A stretch of DNA of 41,128 nt from assembly GCA_020722485.1 (NCBI GenBank), contig DYKS01000002.1, positions 1-41,128 on the forward strand, written 5' to 3'. Every line of letters starts with the position of its first letter. Position 1 is the stretch's first letter. This DNA comes from Candidatus Elulimicrobium sp. GTDB lineage: Bacteria; Patescibacteriota; Minisyncoccia; Moranbacterales; UBA9337. A model generated the notes under the pieces. It was not told where the DNA came from and did not search any database. It saw only the letters and a program-made list of their open reading frames with translations. A program made the position numbers and the translations under genes. Shown here piece by piece: positions 1 through 7,846 of the stretch.

Positions 1-158
1 ATGAAAACATTCCGCGAAATAATTATTTTAAAATTTTAAGAAATGATCTTTGATTTCTTAAATTAACGTATCTACAAATATAAATTAGGCTAAACATTGG
101 AAAAAAATTTCAATACAAAACACTTCCTGTAAGATGAATATTATTTTATACTAAAACT

Positions 159-2315
159 ATGCTTGATCTAAGAACTCCAATTGAAAAATTCGCTCGCCTG
201 AAAACCAGCCAACAGAAAGCATTGGAAAAACTAGGCTTAAAAACAATACGCGATTTACTTTTTCATTTTCCGTTTCGTTATGAAAATTATTCTTTGATTT
301 CCCCCATCGCCGACATTTCCGCCGGAGAAGTTTTTACCGTAACGGGAAAAATAATAGACTTCTCCGTCCAAAGAACTTGGAAAAAAAGAATGTTGATAAC
401 GGAAGCGTTATTACAAGATGAAAGCGGCGCCGTGCGCGCTCTTTGGTTTGGACAAAAATTTTTGCAAACATCTTTAAAAATTGGAAAAGAAATTCGCCTT
501 TCGGGTAAATTATCCGCAGATGAAAAAGGTCTTTATTTTTCCAATCCCGCTTGGGAATTTTCCATGCGTCAATTCACTCATACCGGCCGTTTGGTTCCTG
601 TTTATCCAGAATCGGAAGGCATTACTTCCCGCTGGCTTCGCTGGCAATTAGAATTAATTTTTAAAAAAGGTTTTAGCATCCCCGATCCTTTGCCGGAAAA
701 AACTCGCGCGAAATTACATTTGCCAGAAATAAACTCCGCCTTGCGTCGAATTCATTTTCCTCAAACCGAATCTGATTACATAGTAGCACGCAAAAGATTT
801 GCTTTTGAAGAAATGTTAATTTTACAAATTAAATTTCTGCGCGTAAGAGCAAAATTAAAAAAAGAAAATTCCGCCACAATAAAATTTAATTCGCGATTAA
901 TTAAAAAATTTATTGGCGAACTTCCCTTTACGCCGACAAACGCTCAAAAAAAAGCCGCTTTTCAAATTTTGAAAGATTTAGAAAAACCACAACCAATGAA
1001 TCGTTTGCTAAACGGAGATGTCGGCTCCGGTAAAACTTTAGTAGCCGCTATTGCCGCTTTGCAAACTTCCGTCTCCGGTTTTCAAACAGTCATTTTAGCG
1101 CCAACCGAAGTTTTAGCGCGACAACACTTTGAAAGTTTTTGCGAGATTTTTAAAAATTACAATCTTAATATTGGATTGCTGACGAATTCATATAAGTTAA
1201 CCTGTCATTCTGAATTTACTTCAGAATCTCATAAAAAATCTTGGAAAATTCCCAAACAAGTTCAAAATGACAATAAAAAAAATACCAATATTATCAAAAC
1301 AACTCGTCCCAAATTATTAGAAGAAATAAAAAATGGAGATATTGACATCCTCATCGGCACGCACGCTATTATTCAAAAAGACGTTAAGTTTGAAAAATTA
1401 GCGTTAGTCGTTATTGACGAACAACATCGTTTCGGCGTTGCGCAACGCGCTTATCTTCAGCAAGAAACAGCGAAAATAAATGATGGCCTACCTAAAAAAA
1501 TCCCCCACTTATTAAGTATGACCGCCACTCCCATTCCTCGCACGTTGACAATGGCTTTCTTTGGCAACTTAGATGTTTCTTTTTTAGATGAAATGCCCAA
1601 AAATAGAAAACCAATCATCACTCGCCTAATTGCGCCAACAGAAAAAGAAAAAATTTATGCTTTTGTTCGCGATCAAATTAGAAAAGGTCGTCAAATATTT
1701 ATTATTCTCCCGCTAGTAGAAGAATCCAAATCGTTAGCGGAAGTAAAAGCGGCTATTTCCGAGCATAAAAGATTATCTGAAGAAATTTTTCCCGATTTAA
1801 AATTAGGACTTCTCCATGGAAAAATGAAACCGGCAGAAAAAGAAAAAGCGATGCAGGCTTTCTTGGAACACAAAACCGACATTTTGGTTTCTACCGCGGT
1901 AGTGGAAGTTGGTGTAGATGTTCCCAACGCGTCCGTAATGATTATTGAAGACGCTAATCGTTTTGGTCTTTCTCAGTTGCATCAATTTCGCGGACGCGTC
2001 GGACGAGGATTATTTCAATCTTATTGTTTTCTTTTCTCTTCTCAAATTACCGCGCGGCTAAAAATACTGGAAAAAAGCAATGATGGTTTTCAAATTGCCG
2101 AAAAAGATTTAGAATTGCGCGGTCCAGGAGAATTTTTAGGCACTCGTCAAAGCGGTTTACCTGACATAACGATGGAAAACATCGCCAACATTAAATTAAT
2201 TCAACTTTCCCGCCAAGAAGCACTAGAAATTTTGCGTGAAGATTTTTCCCTTACTAAATATCCTGTTCTCCGCGCGGTTTTAGAAAAAATAGAAATTAAA
2301 ATTCACTTAGAATAA
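159..2315 (+). CDS. recG: ATP-dependent DNA helicase RecG
   Basis: N-terminal wedge/OB region (DLLFHFPFRYE), Walker A GDVGSGKT, DEQH box, MTATPIPRT, QLHQFRGRVGRG and DLELRGPGE motifs. Confidence 0.97.
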   Translation: MLDLRTPIEKFARLKTSQQKALEKLGLKTIRDLLFHFPFRYENYSLISPIADISAGEVFTVTGKIIDFSVQRTWKKRMLITEALLQDESGAVRALWFGQKFLQTSLKIGKEIRLSGKLSADEKGLYFSNPAWEFSMRQFTHTGRLVPVYPESEGITSRWLRWQLELIFKKGFSIPDPLPEKTRAKLHLPEINSALRRIHFPQTESDYIVARKRFAFEEMLILQIKFLRVRAKLKKENSATIKFNSRLIKKFIGELPFTPTNAQKKAAFQILKDLEKPQPMNRLLNGDVGSGKTLVAAIAALQTSVSGFQTVILAPTEVLARQHFESFCEIFKNYNLNIGLLTNSYKLTCHSEFTSESHKKSWKIPKQVQNDNKKNTNIIKTTRPKLLEEIKNGDIDILIGTHAIIQKDVKFEKLALVVIDEQHRFGVAQRAYLQQETAKINDGLPKKIPHLLSMTATPIPRTLTMAFFGNLDVSFLDEMPKNRKPIITRLIAPTEKEKIYAFVRDQIRKGRQIFIILPLVEESKSLAEVKAAISEHKRLSEEIFPDLKLGLLHGKMKPAEKEKAMQAFLEHKTDILVSTAVVEVGVDVPNASVMIIEDANRFGLSQLHQFRGRVGRGLFQSYCFLFSSQITARLKILEKSNDGFQIAEKDLELRGPGEFLGTRQSGLPDITMENIANIKLIQLSRQEALEILREDFSLTKYPVLRAVLEKIEIKIHLE
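1203..1272 (+). repeat. REP-like palindromic element inserted in frame in recG
   Basis: TGTCATTCTGAATTTACTTCAGAATCT...AAACAAGTTCAAAATGACA; ends are inverted (TGTCATT/AATGACA) with an internal hairpin; translates as CHSEFTSES...KQVQND in a non-conserved loop. Confidence 0.75.
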
Positions 2316-2320
2316 AAAGG

Positions 2321-2875
2321 TTAATCAACCCAAGAAAAACGCCACAAATAATGCTGACAATGTTTGGCATAATCAATACCGACTCGTTCAAGTTTTTTTA
2401 TCTGGGATTTTTCAATTTTAATTCCTTTTTCAATCCATAACTTTTCTTTTCTGGTTAAATTCCAATCGTTCAAACTCCGATCAATTTTTAATTCTCTACA
2501 AATTTTTCCCGGTCCGTCTAAAATAATCCCTTCTTCTTTTTCAGTATTTTTGTTTTTAATTTTCACGTCAACAAGTTTTCTAATCAAAACCGCGGCTGGA
2601 AAATTTTTTCTTTCTGTAACCACATTCAAGCAGTGATACATTCCATAAATCATATACACATAAGCGCGACCGGCTTCACCATACATTATTTCCGTTCGTG
2701 GCGTTCGGCCTCGGCTGGCATGACTGGCTAAATCATCCTCGCCCATATAAGCTTCAGTTTCCGCAATTATCCCGCGGATAATTTTTCCCCGATATTTTCT
2801 CACCAAAAAACAACCCAAAAGATCTTGAGCAACCTTTAAAGTATTTTTTTGATAAAAACTTTTATTCAAAACCAT
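2321..2875 (-). CDS. mpg: DNA-3-methyladenine glycosylase (MPG/AAG family)
   Basis: IAETEAY, ASH, AYVYMIYGMYHCLNVVT, AVLIR, GPGK and RVGI motifs; start moved to MVLNKSFY (ATG at 2875). Confidence 0.92.
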   Translation of the reverse strand: MVLNKSFYQKNTLKVAQDLLGCFLVRKYRGKIIRGIIAETEAYMGEDDLASHASRGRTPRTEIMYGEAGRAYVYMIYGMYHCLNVVTERKNFPAAVLIRKLVDVKIKNKNTEKEEGIILDGPGKICRELKIDRSLNDWNLTRKEKLWIEKGIKIEKSQIKKLERVGIDYAKHCQHYLWRFSWVD

Positions 2876-2965
2876 AAACAATGCGATATCGCAAATACCT
2901 GAAAAAAGATATAAAGAAAAATTTAAAAACAAAATTGAATATCTCTTAAAAATTCTCAATACTCT

Positions 2966-4126
2966 TTACATCCGCAACTTTCTTAATTTTACATTTTCAT
3001 ACAGCGAAAGCATTTTTTCCGCGTAAACCGAAGCGGTATATTTTTCTCTAGCAACTTTAGCCGCTTCTTTACTCATTCTTATTCTTAAGTTCTCATCTTT
3101 AATCAGACGCTCAATCGCCAGTGAAAATTCTTCCGGGTTTTCTTGAACCAAAAATCCGTTCTTTTTATTTTCTATCAAATCAACCGCTCCCGGAGCGGAA
3201 ACCGCCACAATCGGAAGACCAATGTACATCGCTTCAGTTATAACCATTCCCTGAGTTTCTGACAAAGAGCTGTAAACAAAAATATCTCCGGCGGCATAAT
3301 AATTTTTTAATTCCTCTCGAGAAACTAGTCCGGCAAAAATTATTCTGTCTTTCAAATTATTTTTTTCAACTATTTCTTCCAATTTTTCTTTAAAGTTTCC
3401 CTCTCCCGCTACTAAAAATTTTGTTCGGGAATTTTTTTTAAGCGCTAAAACAACACAACGAAACAAAAATTCTAGATTCTTTTCTTCTGTAAGACGCGAA
3501 ACCAAAAGAAGTAAAACCTCATCATCTTTTACAGAATATTTTTTTCTAATTTTTCCGCCATCGGCGTTTTTATAAATTTCTTCTTCAATACCAGTCAATA
3601 CCGCTTCAATATTCGTGTTATCCACTCCCCAGCCACGGATTATTTTTTCCACTGATGGAGTGGGAACAATAATCTGATCAGACTTATTAGCATAATTTAC
3701 CGCCTTCTTTATCATCCAACCGGCGGCAATTTTATCCGGAATCAGCGGAACAAAATGCGTGTAATGATCGTAAAGCGTATGCCAAGTAAAAACCAATGGG
3801 ATTTTCTTTCGACGCGCCCATTTGGCCGCCACCGTTCCTAAAAGATTAGGATGTTGAGAATGAATAATATCTAAATCTAAATTTTCCAAAATTTTATCCA
3901 TCTTTGAAGAATAAGGAATGGGCAAAGGAAATCTGATTTTGTATTGGATGTCCAGAGACGGATAACGAAAAACTTGAGGATTTTTATCTTGATAATCGGC
4001 ATAGTGGGGAGCAAAAATAAAAACGCGATTGCCTCGTTTTTCAAATTCTCGGCGGAAGCTTTCAATGGATCCCGTCACACCGTAAGGGTTAGGAAGATAA
4101 TTATTGGTAAAAACAGCAATGTTCAT
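2966..4126 (-). CDS. Glycosyltransferase family 4 (GT-B), resembling diacylglycerol glucosyltransferases
   Basis: MNIAVFTNNYLP..GV, IIHSQHP, FTWHTLY, SRLTEEKN and SETQGMVITEA motifs. Confidence 0.88.
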   Translation of the reverse strand: MNIAVFTNNYLPNPYGVTGSIESFRREFEKRGNRVFIFAPHYADYQDKNPQVFRYPSLDIQYKIRFPLPIPYSSKMDKILENLDLDIIHSQHPNLLGTVAAKWARRKKIPLVFTWHTLYDHYTHFVPLIPDKIAAGWMIKKAVNYANKSDQIIVPTPSVEKIIRGWGVDNTNIEAVLTGIEEEIYKNADGGKIRKKYSVKDDEVLLLLVSRLTEEKNLEFLFRCVVLALKKNSRTKFLVAGEGNFKEKLEEIVEKNNLKDRIIFAGLVSREELKNYYAAGDIFVYSSLSETQGMVITEAMYIGLPIVAVSAPGAVDLIENKKNGFLVQENPEEFSLAIERLIKDENLRIRMSKEAAKVAREKYTASVYAEKMLSLYENVKLRKLRM

Positions 4127-4190
4127 ATTTGATCTGATAGGTTTAGCATTAGGAATTTAAAATTTTGATTGAATTTTTATTTTTTAACTG

Positions 4191-4370
4191 TTAGATTTCA
4201 CAGTGTTGTTTACATTTTCGGCTAATTATTTCCATTGTCATTCCCGCGAAGGCGGGAATCCAGTCTTTCTAACGCTTCAAAATTTTCTAAAATGACAATA
4301 TTTTTCACTAGTGTTTAAAAAAATTCCGAAATGATGTAAAGAGAAATGTAAATAACGCTAATTAAATTAA
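4191..4370 (+). repeat. MITE-like palindromic repeat, copy 1 (most complete)
   Basis: Core TGTCATTCCCGC-GAAG-GCGGGAATCCAG at 4236-4263; imperfect terminal inverted repeats 4191-4220 and 4342-4370; homologous to copies near 10.7, 22.5 and 30.3 kb. Confidence 0.75.
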
Positions 4371-4426
4371 CATTTTAACATTCTAAGTTTTACTTATTCA
4401 CAACTCAAAAATTCAAAATTCACTTT

Positions 4427-5248
4427 TTAAATTTTATTTAAAAAGTTCAATATGTCTTCAAAAATATGCTCGTTGCGGACATCGGAAATAAAAGTGTGGT
4501 AAGCGCGCCGTAAATATCTCTTCTTCTTAATTTTTGATCCGATTTCAGAATAAATGCGTTCCATACTTTTTCTGCAAATGATGTGATCGCTGGAAGATTG
4601 GACCAAGAAACAAGGATTGAAAACCAACGCCAGATTTTCCCTGGATTTTTTGACGACTTCAAAGGCCTCCAAAGCGCTTCGGATGGGATAAGACTGATAA
4701 GAAATCAAACGAGTAATTAATGTCTTAGAACCAAAGGATGGCGGATAAAATTTGCGATTATATTTTTTAAATTTAACCAACGTTTTCGCGAAGAAAGTGA
4801 TAATTTTTTCCCAGCGAATTTTATAAGGAGTAGCCAAAAGAACCAGTCCGTCAATATCTTTTTTTTCTTGGGCCAGAAGCAAGGCAATATTAGAACCAAT
4901 AGAAGTTCCGCAAATAAAAACTTGCTGATGATTCTTTTTAAGTTTGTCATAAGCTTCACTGGCATCCTTCATCCATTTTTGCCAAGCAATATTTTCCAAA
5001 TCATTGGGCACAGTGCCGTGTCCGGAAAGCATCGGACCATAGGCCGTGTAGCCATTTTCATTAAGATATTTTCCCAACCGCCTTACTTCGTAAGGAACAG
5101 ATGACCAACCATGTAAAAGCAAAACCGCTTTTCCATTTTTACCATCAAAATAGAAAGGTTTGTTAAAAAGATGCTTCTCTTTGTAATAAAGTTTACGCGG
5201 ATCAGCAAACAAAATACTTTTGGTTTTTTGAAGTAATTTTCTAATCAC
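4427..5248 (-). CDS. Alpha/beta-fold carboxylesterase / monoacylglycerol lipase-like
   Basis: LLHGW oxyanion motif, GHG, nucleophile elbow GTSIG, candidate Asp (SSDH) and His (AYH) of the triad; GTG start. Confidence 0.85.
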   Translation of the reverse strand: MIRKLLQKTKSILFADPRKLYYKEKHLFNKPFYFDGKNGKAVLLLHGWSSVPYEVRRLGKYLNENGYTAYGPMLSGHGTVPNDLENIAWQKWMKDASEAYDKLKKNHQQVFICGTSIGSNIALLLAQEKKDIDGLVLLATPYKIRWEKIITFFAKTLVKFKKYNRKFYPPSFGSKTLITRLISYQSYPIRSALEAFEVVKKSRENLALVFNPCFLVQSSSDHIICRKSMERIYSEIGSKIKKKRYLRRAYHTFISDVRNEHIFEDILNFLNKI

Positions 5249-5375
5249 AATAAGATTCTAGCTTCTTTAAAACTTTTGAGCAAATAAAAAAGGATCTTCT
5301 ATTATTTTTCTTCATTTTTTATTTTTTGTAAAAGATCAATAAATTAAAAATAAACTAAATTAATTATTTTTTTAG

Positions 5376-5993
5376 TTATTTTGTGTAAGTAAAAGAATTA
5401 CTATTATTAAAAAGTTTTTTAGTTTCGTAAGATTTAAAAAGATTAATAATTATGAAAGTAATTATTACTAAACCGAAAACTATCCAACCGATCCAGTCGA
5501 TAAACTGACTAATTTCTCGCCAAAGGTAGCCATAAAAATAACCGACCGAAACCAAAGAACCGCTCCAAACAATTCCACCCAAAAAAGAAAAAAGGAGAAA
5601 TTTTTTTATGTTCATCCGCACTATTCCAGCTACCACGAAAGTCACTAAACATAATCCGGTAGTAGATTTCACTAAAAAAATAGTTTTGCCACCGTGATTA
5701 TTAAAATATCTTTCCATTTTCAAAATCCGCTTTTCCGTAATTCCAATATATTTCCCGATACCACGCGCGAAAGTCAGCCCCCATTTTCTGCCAATGGTAT
5801 AAAAACCGATATCGCCAATAATATCCCCCGCCATTGAAAGCATAAAAACAATAAAAACATTGAAAGCGCCCAATGATGCCAGCATTGCCGCTATCAATGT
5901 CATCACCGGTCCTTCAATAATCATCAAAGGAAACATTATCCAATATCCGTATTGGGAAAGAAATTCAAAAATTTGTTGTCCTGATATTTCCAT
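5376..5993 (-). CDS. DedA family membrane protein
   Basis: Hydrophobic 205 aa; IIEGP, GDIIGD..FY.IGR..G, YFNNHGGKTIF and AGIVRM..KKF pattern. Confidence 0.88.
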   Translation of the reverse strand: MEISGQQIFEFLSQYGYWIMFPLMIIEGPVMTLIAAMLASLGAFNVFIVFMLSMAGDIIGDIGFYTIGRKWGLTFARGIGKYIGITEKRILKMERYFNNHGGKTIFLVKSTTGLCLVTFVVAGIVRMNIKKFLLFSFLGGIVWSGSLVSVGYFYGYLWREISQFIDWIGWIVFGLVIITFIIINLFKSYETKKLFNNSNSFTYTK

Positions 5994-6109
5994 AAAATTA
6001 ATTCTAACCTAAAATTAAAAAACCCGCTAGGTTTTGGCAAGTTTTTCTTAATATTTTTATATTCTAAAGCTCGAATTTTTTAAAAAAATTTTCAAAGAAA
6101 GTTTTTTCT

Positions 6110-6184
6110 TGGTAGCCCGTAGGGGAATCGGACCCCTGTTGCCAGGATGAAAACCTGGTGTCCTAACCATTAGACGAACGGGCC
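6110..6184 (-). tRNA. tRNA-Glu(TTC), CCA encoded
   Basis: GGCCCGT/ACGGGCT acceptor stem; anticodon arm CCAGG-TTTTCAT-CCTGG; atypical T-loop TCCGATT. Confidence 0.93.
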
Positions 6185-6237
6185 AATGGTAAATCAATCA
6201 CGATGAAACAAAAATAATAATACCATAAACTTAATTT

Positions 6238-6470
6238 TTAATCAAGACGCGATAAAATTATTTGTTTTAATTCTTTTTGACTCGGCGCGCCAAAGTTCCC
6301 ACCGTTTCTTTATTTTTAGTCAAAGAATACAAGTAAAAATAGAGTTTCTTTTGATAACGTTGCGCCAATTTTCTAAAAAAATCCTTGTCGCGAGTCAAAA
6401 TTATCCTCGTGATTTCTTCATCCGTTTTAATATTTGGTTTTTCCCCCGTCAAGCGGTTTAATAATTTCAT
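6238..6470 (-). pseudogene. ECF sigma factor remnant with large internal deletion
   Basis: TDEEI..IL..DKDFF.KL.QRYQKKLYFYLYSL resembles the start of ECF region 2; it is joined to TVGTLARRVKK, with KELKQII in another frame, resembling the end of region 4. Confidence 0.6.
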
Positions 6471-6554
6471 AATTGAAATTGGATGAATAAATATTGACTT
6501 TATTCAGAGTTCAATATTACTATTAAAAACAAATACTAACAAGTGGAAAATACG

Positions 6555-7715
6555 ATGATTATTTTAGCCATAGAAACTTCTTGCGATGAAACGGCGACTG
6601 CTCTGCTGAAAGCTGAAAATAAAAAAATGGCGTTGCTTTCTAATATCGTTTCTTCTCAAATAAAATTACATGCCCGTTGGGGCGGTGTAGTTCCCAACTT
6701 GGCGGCGCGGGAACATTTAAAAAATATTCAACCAGTAATTACTCGGGCTTTTCGCAACGCCAAAATAAATCCTGATCAAATTGATCTCATCGCCGTTACC
6801 AATGGTCCGGGACTAATTCCATCGCTTCTCATCGGAACCGCCGCCGCTCAAACCCTTTCTTTCCTTTGGAAAAAACCGCTTATTGGCATTCACCATATTG
6901 AAGGACACATTTACGCCAATTTTATTAAAGATGAAACTGGCGTAAATCTCAAATCTCAATTTTCAATTTCTAAAAAAATTTATAACTCCGACATAAAATT
7001 TCCGATTCTATGCCTCGTTGTTTCCGGCGGACACACGCAATTGGTTTTAATGAAAAAACATTTGCGCTATGAAATAATCGGGCAAACTTTGGATGATGCC
7101 GCCGGAGAAGCTTTTGACAAAGTGGCGCGTATCTTGGGATTAAGTTATCCGGGAGGACCAGCTATCGCGGCTAAAGCGGCAAAATTTAAAAAATTAAATT
7201 TTATTAAAAATTCAAAATTAAAAATCCAAAATTATATTTCTCTCCCCCGCCCAATGATAAATTCCGGCGATTTTAATTTTTCTTTTTCCGGATTAAAAAC
7301 CGCTGTCTTGTATAAAGTCAAAGAATTTCAGAAACTTCTTTCCGAAAAAAAATTGTCATCCGATGACTACGATTTTCTAATTACCGGCATTGCCTCCGAA
7401 TTTCAACAAGCAGTTATTGATGTTTTAGTTTCTAAAACAATAAAATCCGCCACTAAATATCAAGTTAAAACAATTATGTTGGCTGGCGGCGTTAGCGCCA
7501 ATCAAGAACTGCGAAAGCAAATGAATTTAAAGATAAAAAATAATCTTTCTGATTCAAAATTTATAACTCCAAATCCTAAATTTTGTATTGATAACGCCGC
7601 GATGATCGCTTCCGCCGCTTATTTTCGTTGGAAAAATATGAGTTCGGCGCAAAGAAAGAAAACATTTCAAAATTGGAAACATCTTTCAACCGACGCCAAT
7701 TTGAAACTTTCCTAA
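6555..7715 (+). CDS. tsaD: tRNA N6-adenosine threonylcarbamoyltransferase TsaD
   Basis: ILAIETSCDET, GGVVP.LAAREH, HHIEGH, SGGHT, DDAAGEAFDK, FSFSGLKT and DNAAMI motifs; ATG at 6555. Confidence 0.97.
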   Translation: MIILAIETSCDETATALLKAENKKMALLSNIVSSQIKLHARWGGVVPNLAAREHLKNIQPVITRAFRNAKINPDQIDLIAVTNGPGLIPSLLIGTAAAQTLSFLWKKPLIGIHHIEGHIYANFIKDETGVNLKSQFSISKKIYNSDIKFPILCLVVSGGHTQLVLMKKHLRYEIIGQTLDDAAGEAFDKVARILGLSYPGGPAIAAKAAKFKKLNFIKNSKLKIQNYISLPRPMINSGDFNFSFSGLKTAVLYKVKEFQKLLSEKKLSSDDYDFLITGIASEFQQAVIDVLVSKTIKSATKYQVKTIMLAGGVSANQELRKQMNLKIKNNLSDSKFITPNPKFCIDNAAMIASAAYFRWKNMSSAQRKKTFQNWKHLSTDANLKLS

Positions 7716-7760
7716 TTTATTCTTAACCAAAAGCTATTCAAAAACAATTTCGTTTTTTTA

Positions 7761-7789
7761 TTGAAAAATCTCTCCTTTGTTGTTAAACT
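7761..7789 (+). promoter_or_regulatory. Putative sigma70 promoter for valS
   Basis: TTGAAA-17 bp-TAAACT with extended TG. Confidence 0.5.
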
Positions 7790-7846
7790 GTTGTTATAAA
7801 ACAAATATTGATTTATTAATTACAATTGGCAATCGCTAAAATAGTT

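Noticed and set aside
2876..2959. Extended N-termini given by the ORF track for mpg (similarly tsaD, valS, yjbQ, yvcK, kinase A)
   Set aside because: Family homology begins at a downstream ATG, so starts were moved
6490..6523. Inverted repeat AATATTGA...TCAATATT over a TTGACT box upstream of tsaD as an operator
   Set aside because: An AT-only 8-bp arm is likely by chance here and the -35/-10 spacing is non-ideal
7716..7846. T-box riboswitch upstream of valS (also checked upstream of leuS)
   Set aside because: Leaders are too short and lack the T-box consensus
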